Assembly (NCBI GenBank): GCA_003693705.1 | Contig: RBZT01000854.1 | Location: 1-42,314, forward strand | Length of the DNA stretch: 42,314 nt | Reading direction: 5' to 3' | Origin: Polymyxa betae A26-41 | Taxonomy: Eukaryota; Protista; Endomyxa: Phytomyxea | In this document: positions 22,540 to 34,770 of the stretch, one piece after another | How the letters are laid out: every line of letters starts with the position of its first letter | Numbering within the stretch: position 1 is the first letter of the stretch | Program-made: the position numbers and the translations under genes | Notes under the pieces: generated by a model | The model's input: only the letters and a program-made list of their open reading frames with translations | Database searches by the model: none | Told to the model about the DNA's origin: nothing

Positions 22540-24310
22540 TTGAGAAAATTTCGAATCCATCCAAAATCTCAATCCTACTCATCAACCAGAAAGAACACCA
22601 TCGAACGTCCATAATCTCCTGGTGTCGCCGTTCAGCATCCAGTTGGATTTGCATTTGGAATCTCTGCATTTCTCCCCGAAATCAAGGTTCCGAAATCGCT
22701 TTGTCTCCGCCTAAAACTGCTCTGCCTCAGCACGATTTCGTTCTTAGCGCTTTCTCCGACCAAACTTTTGTCATTGAGAGTAGTGAATTCTAATCGAAGG
22801 CGTAAAACCTCAACAAGTAGGGCTTGGACATTCGAAACTGTCTGTTGTTGCATGTGGGCCCAGACTTCTTCACATAATTGAAGTATAGCGAAAAGAGCAT
22901 TCGGATAACTTTCTTTCGGAAACCGTTTCAACCTGAATCATATTTGCACGAGTCAGCACTCGCTCTTTGATGATTGCAAATTCATCCGGATTTATCATTG
23001 ACTCGACCAGAGCCCGACTGAAATTGCCCACCACATGTGGGAATCTCCAAGTTCTGACACCATATCGACGAACGCGATGATAGCTGCAGCGGTCATGCAT
23101 TCAGCGAAAATGGGTGGAGACGATCGATGTTCGAATGGAATATGGCCGACACCAATGCATAGGCTTTGTGTTCCGGATCATCAGCGGCCAGAGTGATAGC
23201 TGCGCGGAGCCAGGCGTGGACAGGCACTTCCAGATTCGACTGTTTCGGACCTGAGCGGAACCCGCGCCATTTTATGCAAAGCAACGAGGCCCTCTTTAAC
23301 TCGTTGTTTCTCTGGGCACCGGTTTGTTGCGGATCTTGATTCCCCCACCCATTGTACAAGGCATTTGCGTGGCGAGGAGTATTTAGGTGATTGAGAGCTC
23401 CCAAGAACATGATGCTCCTCAGCGAATGGGATGTGATGTTTGAATTCACATTCGTCTCGTTGCCTTTCATAGCGTTAAGTAGCTCTTGAGGATGTCGGTC
23501 AAATACTGTGACGCCTGCTCGCTTGTCGCGGCTTTTGGAAAAAGGAACGAGTTGCTCTGAAAAAAGTTCTGCTTGCAGAAACATTGATAAAAAACACAAA
23601 CCTCGGACTCGGATGTTAACGGGCCGCAAAACGATAGATGACGGAAGTACAGATAAAGCGGATCAAGAATCCAGTCGTTGATGCTGTATGCAATTGGAGG
23701 AATGTCCGTATGTGTCGAGGTTTGTTTCTCCAAAATTTAACGGAAATGAGCCCTGATTACATTTTATCCATATCTGGGCGCCAGCACAAACTTTTATCGA
23801 GTCGCTAAACCATAACAGAAACCCGGTCGATAACGGGAGAGTGCGGGTAGATAGTGTCGGCGCAAATGTCGCTGGCGCGGCCTCCTTTGATTGCTTGAAG
23901 TCCAAAGGGAGATGAGCTCTCGATCTTCCCAAGGCGATCATCGCATTAGAACGATTTGGCGAGCTTATTTAAATGAGGACGCAGGCGCATTATTTGGTCA
24001 GGGGCAGACCCTTCTCCTGGCGACGCTGGCTATTCAGTTTAGCTGCCTTGCTTAATCAGGTCGAAAAGAAGTCGCCCAACAGAGATTGAAGTTGTGACGT
24101 CTGAACTGCAAATTTCTCCAGAAAGAACGTTTTAATCGATGACAAATATGCTTTTAGAGCAATAGAGAAATGCTGAAAGGAATCTAAGTTTTAAAGACTC
24201 AAAACATCCTGGAGGTTTTCAAATGTAGCTCATTAATGAGCCAATACATGAACTGTCCCACCAGCTGTACACCGTCTTTTCCTTTCAACTATTCTATCCT
24301 TATATCATCA
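22540..24310 (-). pseudogene. Crypton-like tyrosine recombinase
   Basis: KAYLSSIKTFFLEKF (N-terminal SAM-like helix), IALGRS (catalytic R box), DWILDPLYLYFRHL, ITSHSLRS (HxLR box), then NGW. No RT or TIRs associated. Multiple frameshifts. Confidence 0.7.
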
Positions 24311-24699
24311 TCTTTTCAGATTTTTTTCCCGGAAACTGAATTTTGAATGGTTAGAATGGTTTCAAATTAGGGTTTAGGGTTTGCAAATGTCAAACCTGCT
24401 TGACTGAGGAAATGAATTTCAATGAATGCCGGCTGTGTGCAGCTGAGCAGTGGACGATTTTTTCTTCAGCAAATGAATTGACAGTGTGCCGTTTTCGTTG
24501 TCACCCCCTTCATGACCATCCTGAGGCCTCCCGCTGCAAAAATTTCAACATCCTGGAAAAGGCTGGTATATGCTGATTACCGCTCGTTTTGAACGGGTCT
24601 ACCGACGCGGCATTCGGATTGCATATTTAACAAGCAAGACCAGCGACATCGGCCAGGAATGAGCAGGACAAAATGACAATGGGAATCCTCGATCACTGT

Positions 24700-25311
24700 G
24701 AAGGTCCCGCCAAAGAATGTTCACGACTGTGAGGAGTCCGCGCCGCAGACTGTCTACCGTGGAGAGTCTCCGCATTCAATCCAATGACCAGTTTCCCTCT
24801 ATTGATGACCCAGTGAGTGTGACGGTCAGCGAAGATGGTTCGGCATATTAGGTCTGGCCGATCCGGTTTATTGAACAATAATACTTATTATTCTCTGTAC
24901 AAAGATCAGCAGGAGTATTTTCCGCTGGTCGACAGCAACCTGAGTTCGATCTTCCCAAACATGGTCTGCCGCAGTAGGTAATTGCTTCCCTTCATCCCAT
25001 CAGATTCCAGAGCTTTCATTCAAAGACTTGAAGTCTTTCCAATCCTTCTTTAGCTGTTTTTGTAGAGTTAGAATAACGAATTTTGATAGAAGGAAATTTC
25101 GAGTACATTTCAAGCTTGATTTTCAGCTAACCATTTTTTGTACGTGACAGAGGACTTTTGATTGAACTTGTCCATAACTGCTTTCCAAGCTTCTTTTTTG
25201 AACCCGTTTCCACCCACTTGACTGCTTGGTCTGATTCAACATTGCCCTGGCGAGATAGGTTTCCATCGTGGGGTTGAAGGCTGCCTTGGCGCTAGACGCT
25301 GAAGCTGGCAT
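24700..25311 (-). pseudogene. Myb/SANT-like (Myb_DNA-bind_3-type) Harbinger accessory gene fragment
   Basis: Across frames: GFKKEAWKAVMDKFNQK and SGI*WDEGKQLPTAADHVWED. Cognate transposase not adjacent. Confidence 0.65.
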
Positions 25312-25339
25312 GGTCGTTCAAGCAATGATCCAGCAGCAA

Positions 25340-25935
25340 TGAAATGTAAGGTTGCTGAGGTCATCCCAAAAGACATCTGGCACAAGGTTTCCAATTGCAA
25401 CCGGGTTTCATGCGAATCTCGTTTAGCAGTTAATGACGATCGATATAGGCTGAATACAAGAAGGAGTGTCCCAATGCAAAATCGGCGACAAAGTTCAGAA
25501 GGCGCATACTCGTGCCGAAAAACTTGGTCTCCAAACTGGAGATTCCGACGATGCATCAGGTAAGGTCTCCCTTCAGACATCAGAAATGCTGAAAAATTTC
25601 ATGGCTGGGAATCCTCATGATAAACGCAACCTTCTCGTCGAACAAAAACAAAATTATGAGTGGATTCGCTTCCAACAACGAGAATCAGCCTGAAAGCAAA
25701 GGCACTCATCCCACTCCAACAAAAAAGTCCGAAAAATAAAGCGCAAACACTAACCGAGCAGGCCTAATCCATTGCCAAAATCAGCGAGAATTTCACACAG
25801 ACTCGTCAGTCGCAGGAGAACTTGATCAAACGTTAAACTGATCTGGTCCAATTGCAAAAATTAAAGCAGGCGCTTGAGCTTATTTTGCTCTTACAGGAGG
25901 AGTTCAACGTCAAGGCAAGAGCTTTGCTGTTGTGA
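25340..25935 (+). pseudogene. Accessory gene of copy 2, 5'-truncated
   Basis: IPKDIWHK, AEYKKECP, PHDKRNLL, SIAKISENF, DLVQLQKLKQALELILLLQEEFNVKARALL. Confidence 0.8.
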
Positions 25936-25989
25936 CCAATATATCTACTAAGCATTCGTTTGTCGATATGGAAATTTACGGATATATTC

Positions 25990-27105
25990 TGAAACGTCCC
26001 AACCAGTATTCAGCAAACTAGCCTCTTCCAGCTAAGCAGTCATATCAACTCAACGACGTTGTAGAAGGTTTGTTAAAATTACTGCACTACGGAAAAGATG
26101 AGGAAAAATCGGTCGCGGGAGGATTCAAATGTCCGCATGAAAATCTTCCATTTGCGTTTGAGGAGCAATGCCCCATTCGACGCGATCAGATATCCTGCAT
26201 GCATTGCATTGAATGCATCGATGATATCTACATCGCCGTTTTCGGGTATTTCCCTGCGTCCACTCCGGATCATTATAAACATCTCCTCGCCGAAATAGCC
26301 AGGATCGCCAAATATATATTCAAAGTAGTCACAGTGGTGAGCGAAAAATTGTCGCCAATTTCTGTACAGATCAGACTTTCGCAGGCAACTTACGAAATGA
26401 AACGATCCTGGATACCCGGGATCTATATGATAACTAGTCCACGATGATCAATAACCACGGTGTTGATTAGGCAGTACATAGATTTTTTGAAGATGGTGGG
26501 CCGCGTGCGACCTCCCATTGACGGGCCTCCACACGAGGCCGGCGGCCGCGTGCGGGCGAGCACGTGACCGGCCCTGGAGTACCAGATGATCTATGATACT
26601 AAATTCACTTTTGTTTTGACCACTTATCGTTGGCTCTGAGTTCTGAGTAGCTGGATGGCGAACGCTCGTGATGCATCATCTTGGGCAAGAGGGAGCGCGA
26701 ACGGTTCGGCGGACAATCAAAGTCCGGACTCCGCGACAGAGAATATGCCGCAGCCGAGCCGCACTGAACCTTCCCAGAACCAGTCAACTTCTCAAGATTT
26801 ACGCCGATTGAACCAAAACTTGTAGCTCTCGTCGCTGGAAGGGCGCCGTATAGGAATCAGGGTGCCATCAACAAATCCTAGGCAGCCGTCGAATCCAAGA
26901 ATGGTTTTGGCGAAGAATCTTCGTTTTGATTCCGAGTGCCAACGAAGCTCATCACCCAGGACTGCATTGATGCAGGTGGATACGAAGAGTACGTCATCAC
27001 ATATCGATGGTTCGGCCCAGTTCCAAGTAAAGGCATTCAGACACACAGTGTTATCGTGCATCAAATACAGAACCAACAGCAGAAGGCGTTGTCGACGCAT
27101 CTTTA
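25990..27105 (-). pseudogene. DDE_Tnp_4 transposase of copy 2, 5'-truncated and split by a solo LTR
   Basis: QRLLLLVLYLMHDN, WNWAEPSICDD, GCLGFVDGTLIPIRRP, WFNRRKS|MYCLINTVVIDH, DAFNAMHAG, LKRKWK. Confidence 0.87.
26486..26794. mobile_element. Solo LTR (~307 bp) inserted in the copy-2 transposase
   Basis: TG (26488) ... CA (26794). Flanked by direct repeat AGATT(T) at 26480 and 26795. Removing it restores WFNRRKSMYC. Confidence 0.75.
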
Positions 27106-28289
27106 CAACTTGAAGCGAGCCTGAGCACATACTCGAAAGGGTAGCCGTTTGGATAGTAGGCAACAGCTTTCCGAGCTTTGCTTTGGTGGCAGCAAAAATA
27201 TTCTTCACGAGCAAATGCATCATACCATGGCTCGCACACCCTGAAGAACATTCCTGGATATTTTGATTGCTACAATTTCCAGGCTAGATTGTTGGTGGCA
27301 GTATCATCGGTAACTTCACCACAGATATTGAGACCAAGAGCGGTTTGGCTATCAATGACACGGCTCAGATCGTCAGCGATGAACTGAGCCGTGTGACCTC
27401 TCTTTTTCGATGTTGGCACCAATTAACATGTATTTCCGAATCGTTTCGTTCTTGATATTCGACCAGCCGTCGGTACTCAAACAATAAAACGTCTTAGAAA
27501 TATGCTATTGATCCTGAACTTGCTTCTGGACCATTGCAAAACATTTTTGCAATAGAGTGCCAGCCAGTTTCTTGCAGTCAGGGAGTCCGAAATCTGGACG
27601 ACATAGCTCAAAATGCTTTCGTAAATTTTCTTCTTCGACACGTTGGAAAGACTTCCCAGTGACGTAATAGTGCATGGCGATAAAAGGATTGATTTTGTAT
27701 TAAATCCTTTTTGTGAGGGCCGGGAGCATGAAGCTTTGAATGGAGGACATCTCTCCGCCTCGCGAGTGACTCGAAATTGGTTCACACTGTTTTCTCTTAG
27801 AGAACAAGGAGACAAACCATTCAGGACGTGTGTTAGCCTCCAGCAACATCATGAACTTCACAAACGGTTTACATTATTAAGATGAGCTTTAACACGTTCC
27901 GATTTACGACGGTAGGTGACACAAGTTTTGCAGTATTTACAGGTAGCAGATTGTGATTCCTGTGGTTCCATGCAGTCAGTAAATAACGTCCAAACATCGG
28001 CGGTTTTCCGTTGTCCTCGTTTAGGCTCTGGGACGACGGTAATTTCAGCGTGTTCTTCATCATGATCAACAGCGCTGTCGTGCGTAATATCGATGGAGGC
28101 AGCTTGGGCTTGGTCCGTCATTGGCATTAATGGTGTGCCAGAAGCGATCAAACCGACAGCGAAAACGGAAGCGCCCTATCTTCGTCGCGGACTTTTGGCA
28201 ACAACCCAAAAAAACCGATTCTCCTAGCAATTGAGAAATGGGTTTTATTAATAAATCCCAAAAAATCCCAACAAAACACCCAAGCTCTG
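27106..28289 (-). mobile_element. 5' half of a hAT element (BED finger plus DUF659-like transposase pseudogene 27106-28151)
   Basis: DVWTLF..ATCKYCK..KAHL (BED), MHYYVTGKSFQRVEEENL, STDGWSNIKNE, FIADDL, VTDDTATN, YPNGYPFE. Terminus CAGAGCTTGGG on the minus strand at 28289. Confidence 0.78.
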
Positions 28290-28644
28290 CCAGCCTTTAA
28301 GCATACCGACATTCCACGCTGTGCATTTTCTGTCAGAAGTCTTATATCGTCGTTGTCTGTTGGGGAAAAAGGAATTCAGCACAGAATTTGGCATTAACGG
28401 CACCGCAGAAGCGCTGAGTGCTTTCCGAAATAGTTGATTTATCAACTCTTCCCCAGCATCCGTTTCGTCTAGAAACTGAAGTATCCAACTCTCAGGAAAT
28501 GCAACCAGATTATGAGTTCGGTTCATTCCGCGATCCCTGCAGCTGGTTGGATTTCGAAGTGACCGCTAGGAGAAAACGCTCCTGTTACGGGTATTTTAAA
28601 CCTCGCGGGGTTTATTACTGCCATATTTAGCGTTAGAAACAGCT

Positions 28645-28662
28645 CCACCGGTGGAGATGCTC
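28645..28662 (-). mobile_element. Orphan PIF/Harbinger-type terminus
   Basis: ..CCACCGGTGGAGATGCTC|TTA, i.e. the rc of GAGCATCTCCA with a TTA target. No partner end found. Confidence 0.45.
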
Positions 28663-30901
28663 TTAAAACCGGTGTCCGTGCCAAAATCACAGAGTTCTAG
28701 TGTTCCCAGAGATGGGATGTGCGGCTTTGGGGCACCGGGGCCGGTCACCTGAAATAATGGTTGATCTCGCATTTCTTTCTGTCGCTGATTTTCGGGCTGT
28801 GGCCGGGTTTAAAGCCAGCTTGTCATTGCCGCCTGTGGACAATAAGAGGGTGCAGCTGGTAATCCGATGTCTGTAAGCTCAAGGTTAAAATCTATAGGGC
28901 CCGAATGACAGGCTTAATACTGGTGGATCTTTGGTGCTGTCGGAAAACAGCTGCATTGTAACATATTGCCCGGTGTACGGCTCGAGCATTGCGAAGGCCT
29001 GCCTCTTAAACTAATGGATGACCCCGGGTAATGGTTATGTCCTGATTATGTCTCACTCGTGCCAGATTCAGGTATCACCCCGAAGTATTCCAGTTGGATT
29101 AACCGGCTGTACTCAGACTTATTGTCATTCTGGATTCTTATTATTTTTTGTGCAGATTAAGTAGTGTGCTTCCATTCAATCACAGTTGGTGAATTGAGGG
29201 CAAATTGGGATAGATACCGAGATGAAGCATTTGCTTCTGTAATTAACATTATATTAATTAGTTTATATTGTCAAAAATAATACGTAATGTACAGAAATGG
29301 TTACAAACTCGAATACAGTTCACATCCTTTTCAAGAGATTCACATTCGTTCTACCTGCTTAAATCCTTATCCTGCCATTCCATGCGACTTTTGAAACCTG
29401 CGAATTTAGGCATTGCAGTGCTTTTGCAAGCGAATTGAATCTGCAAATACGTGCACAGCCTTTACAGGCATGCGGAATCTGCGAATCAACGCACTTGTTT
29501 CCTGCGAAATTATGCGTCGTTAGGCTTTTGTATGCGGATTCAATCTGCCAAAGCACGAAATGTTTCCTGCGAAAGTATGAATTGCCTGCTGTTCCGACCG
29601 TGGGACTATCGGTTTATTATAAACTATCCCTCCATTCCTAATAATCTAAATCAGCGTCCCAACGTTTTCCGTTGATATAGCGTGAGATAGAGACAGCATA
29701 TTAATCTGGTGGTTGAAATGTAACTGCGTGCTATTAACAGCTGATAAAGCTGATGGTTTGAAAAATTCTCATAAGTCGCCGCAATCATACCATAATCGCC
29801 AGAAGTCCCGGAAATGGAAAATTTCAGTCTTAATACGGCATCCTTGATTAGCTCACAACTATCAGTTTTTTACGATGAAGGATAATTTATTGGATGTCTG
29901 CGGGGCACAATAATTAGCCTGGTCTCTGCAGTTTTATTGGGTGTGGGAATTTTGGCTTTATGGGAGTGGAATTTTGATTTTGATTTTTTTGAGAAGTTTG
30001 TTTTGTCATTTTTTGCTTTTGAAATTCGCCGAAGAATCCCATCGGGTCGCACTACTGCTACCGATATTATTTTCTTTTAGATTTGGTGTTAGGAGCACTT
30101 CTTTCAACTCAAGCTGTCCAGTAGTTCCGACTATATCCTTGTCTCCAATCCCGGTCCATTTCTCTTCAGAAACATTACGCATTATGGTTGTCTGTCCATT
30201 AGAGTTTTAAAGTTGTGAACTGAGGCCGGCTCGCTGTCCATGCTAAGAGCATCCGCTATAAACTATCCCATCATCTTAATTTGTCTGTGCGGTTGTAGCC
30301 GAATGTGCAATTCCCTAGTTTGGAGCAAGAGCGTATGCATTATTCGTCTGGATTTTGATTTAGATGTTTTTTTGCTGTCTTCGATTTCATGATAAGTATT
30401 TCGAGCCTTGTTTGGATATCTACAATTTTCGTTTATAGGCTGTCCAAAGGGGTGGGCCACTCATTTTTTCATTCATTCCAAGTGCCCATGCGCTCCTGTC
30501 GGGTGTAATTTACACATTATTCAAAATGTGTTCGCATATGCCAAGATCATGTTTAGATTTGTCTGTCTCAGCCGCTTGTCTTCTTGAGCAAGAATAGCGG
30601 TCATCTTTTGTAAATCTTGTGACTTATTTTCATCTCCTCGAACATTCAGAGCGCTGATGGTGGTAAAGTAATTAACTGTTATTTTTTTCATCATCACTAC
30701 CATCGCCGTCAACTCATCGTTAAATTTTTCAAAATCCTTACGTCTATCACCGATTGTAATCTGTTGGCGACGCCTGTTAATCAGGCTCTGAAAGAATCGA
30801 TGTTGTCGTCATCAGCATTGCTTTTTATGCTGAAGAACACTTCCAAAATTTACTCAGCGATGGCTCGGCATCTTGGCTTGGAAGACTAGTAAAGTTTTTC
30901 C

Positions 30902-30987
30902 ATGCAGGGACGGATGCCTCCCTAGTATGAGGATTGAAACAATTATGCAGGGACGGACGCATCCCAGGTATGCAGATTGAAACAATA
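30902..30987 (+). repeat. Imperfect 43-bp tandem duplication
   Basis: ATGCAGGGACGGA....C..GTATG..GATTGAAACAAT x2. Confidence 0.85.
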
Positions 30988-31232
30988 TTGGATATTAAAG
31001 AAATCCGTTTATTGGTGGAACTAAAGGTTTTCGCCCGGGGTTTTTCCTAATCTCAGCATGAAAGTTTTGCGCTGCGCAGTCCGTGAAGAACTAAGCATGG
31101 AAGTCTGGCTACCTCCAAAATCCTGCATGAGAGAGTTTGATACTGAATTTTGTATTGGATCGTTGAAGTCTACAATCTGACTCCTTCCAACATAGTTGTT
31201 TGTTTTTTCTCGGTCAGCCCAAGTTATCATCT

Positions 31233-31924
31233 ATGTCGCTCTCATCAGATGACGGCTCCGTCAAGGTTGTTGCAAGCTTCGAACAGGCTTCGAAGCGCTC
31301 CAAGCGCCAGATAGTCGAGAGTTTACATTTAAGCACCTTGCTGGCTTCCTATTACAGCCACTTCGCCAAGTACTCAGAGAAAAAAACATCACACAGTTGA
31401 TCCCAAAATCTGTTTGGACCGGCGTCTATAAAGATTTCGTCGAGGTTCACCCGAATTCTGGCTTTCAAGAAGAAACGCTAAAAGTTCGAGTTCGCGATGA
31501 GCTGAAAGCCCAGAAAAGCGGGCGGTCTGATGAAGCTAACGGGAAAGCCGAACTACAGGCCGGTTCAGTGCTTGAGCAGTTGAAGATGACACCGGGTCAT
31601 GCCAAGAGGAATGTCATTAAGGAGCGAGCCGCGATCGTGTCAGGTCAAAGCCTGCAGGCAGTCCCAGCTGAAGAGGTTACTGAGGAACAGGAAAACAAAG
31701 AATCTATGAAGGCACCGGGAAAGGACCAGATCACAAAAGCTCAGATGCTCGCCACACAATCTTCTTCGATTGAAAAAATTTCTCAAGAACGTACTGCGAT
31801 GCGAGAAGAGCGTCAAACCCTGAACCGCGAGAAGTTTATCAAAACCAAACTCGCTAACCTTCAGACAAGGTTGAAGATGGGTGCCATAACACCTGAAGAA
31901 ATGAAAGCTGAGGTGAAAAGTTGA
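31233..31924 (+). pseudogene. Accessory gene of copy 3 (one frameshift, no intron)
   Basis: IPKSVWTGVYKDF, GHAKRNVIKER, TKAQMLATQSSSI, KLANLQTRLKMGAITPEEMK. Confidence 0.85.
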
Positions 31925-31956
31925 TCGAATAAATCGAACTGACAGCATTACAAAGC

Positions 31957-33114
31957 TTAGAAATCCCCATCCCATCCGTAATCATCTTCACCGCCTCCCC
32001 TAATGTCTTCATAGGCCATATCCATTCTTCGTCTGTGAATGAAATTGGTCAGGATACAGCCCGCTTTGAATAGATACTGCTATTTCTCTTTTGTAGAATC
32101 AAACCGCTTCATGAATCATTTCCATTTACGTTTCAGTCCTCCTATACCCCATTCAACTCGAATTCGCACGCCAGCGTGCATCTTGTTGTACTGATGGATG
32201 GCTTCTAATTCTTCAGGATCATCTGGGAGCTCTCTTTGGCCAATCCGGCGCATTATGAACATGTCCTCTCCTACATAGCCAGGATCGCCTAAAAGATATT
32301 CAAAATGTTCATCTGTGTGCGTAAATAATCTCTCCAGGATCGGTCCAGTTCCGATGATCGCAGAATGTTAACATCATGTAATTTGCCAGGATATCCCGAA
32401 TCAATATAACTGAAAAGGCCATGATGATCGACGACAACTGTATTATTGAAACAGTATATCTTCTTGCGTCCGTTAAACCAAGTTACGATGATCAGGGTTG
32501 CCGTAAGGTCTGCGAATTTCACAAAGCGTTCCATCAATGAAACCGATGCAGCCAGGAAGGGCATTGATCTTCTGGGCTAATAGTAGTCTTTCGTTATTGT
32601 TTGGCCATCTTATTTCATTCGATGCCGACATACAGATACAACTGGCTATAAATATAGAATCGTCGTTGACAGAACTTCGAGACCAATTCCATAGAGAAGA
32701 CTCCAATGCAGCCGAATTGTCATGTTTTAAAAACATGACGAAATTGAGAAGACGCTGCTGAGGCGTCAGTTTCGGAGGCCTGCCGGCGTTTGAACGAATT
32801 GTACCCGTTGCGGGCGAACATTACGATTGTAGGGCAAGCTATTTGACAGAGCTCCTCAAATTCGGAAGCAGAGAAATTGGTAACGGTTCGGAACAGATAG
32901 GGGTGGCAGCGATGGTTTTTAAATAGTCGCGAACTCCAGATCCGTGATCCACACATCGCTGGCCGGAATCATCAAGTTCCTGGGAAATAAAAAAATTTAA
33001 CGAAGTTGACGCAGCCAGAGCAGCCGCTTGAGCAGCTAGCATTATCAGTTCTTCTTCATATTCGCTATCAGAACCGCTATCAGATCCGCTATCGCTCGAG
33101 TCGGAAGACTCCAT
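31957..33114 (-). pseudogene. DDE_Tnp_4 transposase of copy 3, full length and frameshifted
   Basis: TNFSASEFEEL, FLKHDN, WNWSRSSVNDD, GCIGFIDGTLCEIRRP, WFNGRKKIYCFNNTVVVDHHG, YPGKLHD, GDPGY, RIRVEWGIGGLKRKWK. Confidence 0.92.
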
Positions 33115-34249
33115 TCCAGCCAGAATGATTATCACGATACACACGAATCACTACGGATGGAGAGGCTGCGTGGAAATTTCAGCATCACTCATGCTGATAT
33201 TTAATAATTTGCGGATACCCTATAAACTCAGCAAGAGCAAGAAATCTGCGTGCCAAACTCCGTACGAATTAACGGTTTTCTTTATTCTATGGCTCTAATT
33301 TAGGCATATCTGGCTATTAATCAACTCCGATGAATTTCTGGATTATTAAGGGCTTGAATACGCAGATAACTAAATCACACGAATCTTCGTTATATCTTTA
33401 TGCAATCGTCTCAAGCTTGAACAACAGAAAAGCTTTTGATGATTCTTTGCTTACAAATGTGCTTACGGTAAGTACTCTTGCTTACCAATCAAGTTGTCGC
33501 TTGGCATCATTGCCAATGATAGGCTCCGATGAATGAGGTGGCCATCGTCATTTTTGGCAATTATGTTTCCAACTTGGTCGTTTCTGGTACATAACTGCGA
33601 TACTGAACCAAAAATGAATCGTCATTTCTCTCCCTTGAATTCCTGAATTTCAATCTTGCTGTGAATGGGACATTCATAATTGTCTTTTGAATTCGCTATC
33701 GGTGATTGATTTTGTTTTCTAGTTTTGAGGAGTCGAATCTTTTGTCGCGTTGTTCTCTTAATTTCCTAATCCAATACGTCATCATGCACTGACTCAAGTG
33801 GTCTCTCAGTTTCGATTGAATGGCTCGGATCCGAAGATGACATGAGGGGACTCTTAATATGTCAAAAGAGATACGAACGATGGTGAGAACTCAAGCAACA
33901 AAAGATGACGTTGTGTAATACAACGAATAGTGGGACTTGCCTCCGTGACTGTCGGCTATGAGTGAAGGGGCTGCGGAGGCTGTTCTTTGATATCTGCTTT
34001 AACAATGTTGAAGGCCAACGATGCATTCATGATCGTGCCTGTAAATACTATGCCAATTCTGGCCACATCGTGAGAGGCTGCTCGATATCCAGTCACTAAT
34101 CGCGACGCGTCGTCACTGACATGGTCATCGGCGTTCGGCGACAACTGGTAATAAAGGCAAGCCATAACAAATCCACTAAAAGGTACACCATTCTTAGATA
34201 GCTTGTCTATGGGCTCAAGCGAGCGCGCGTCACACCCATCAGTCGGAGA

Positions 34250-34770
34250 TCACATCTTCTTGGCAGTGCCCTGTAAATGCAGGAGAGTGCAGGAAGCCAG
34301 GAACCCACCAAGTTTTGATTGACTCCAGAATCCGGGCGAACTTTATCGTCAACAACTTTACAATCACCAAACAAATCGTATTAGAGCAATTAAAAGCGCC
34401 CATCCCTGCTCGGGATGAGGACAGATTGCTAATTTTCAGAGTCTCTTGAGAACTCAGATGGTAACTGTCAGGGCCAGCGGAAACCGGGCATCGTTATATG
34501 GCACCATGTTCGTGATCGATTCATCAATGAATTCTGTTAACTTGGGTATGAAAAGGCTTCGCTCAGTCAACAAGGACATGTTCTAGAAAATGGAACAGGT
34601 GCTTTCCCATCCCAACTCGTGAGCCGGCGGTCCATGAGGTCTATCCACCCTTTGGAAGTCCCCGAAAAGAGTGATGGAACTCTTCTACGACTTCAAGTGT
34701 TTGCGCTGGTGCTCGAGAGAGGACACGCCGACAATCAGCCAAAGCATCGCTCCTTGACTGCCCGAGAATT
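34250..34770 (+). pseudogene. Heavily decayed Ty3/Gypsy aspartic protease and pre-RT region
   Basis: QVLIDSRIRANFI (LIDSGA.NFI), LEQLKAPIP, FVIDSSMNSVNLGMKRLRSVN (ILGMPWL), ADNQPKHR (LPPHR). Confidence 0.6.

Larger units (their letters stand above)
30997..33283 (-). mobile_element. AAA-TIR PHIS/Harbinger-like family, copy 3 (structurally complete, 2287 bp)
   Basis: TIR AAAGAAA(T/A)CCGTT(T/A)ATT (15/17). TSD ATT (30994-30996, 33284-33286). Both genes full length. Confidence 0.88.

Noticed and set aside
24367-24383. True telomere or interstitial telomeric array
   Set aside because: Only about two units; kept only as a possible motif.
29870-30900. Minus-strand K/S-rich ORF fragments as a host gene
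   Set aside because: Short, stop-riddled and without a recognisable domain.
30902-30987. Two repeats containing ATTGAAAC, a CRISPR-like repeat end
   Set aside because: Only two adjacent imperfect units, no spacers, no cas genes, eukaryotic TE context.
31525-31560. CTGATGA...GAA hammerhead-like core
   Set aside because: Lies in accessory-gene coding sequence and lacks the required flanking stems and cleavage triplet.
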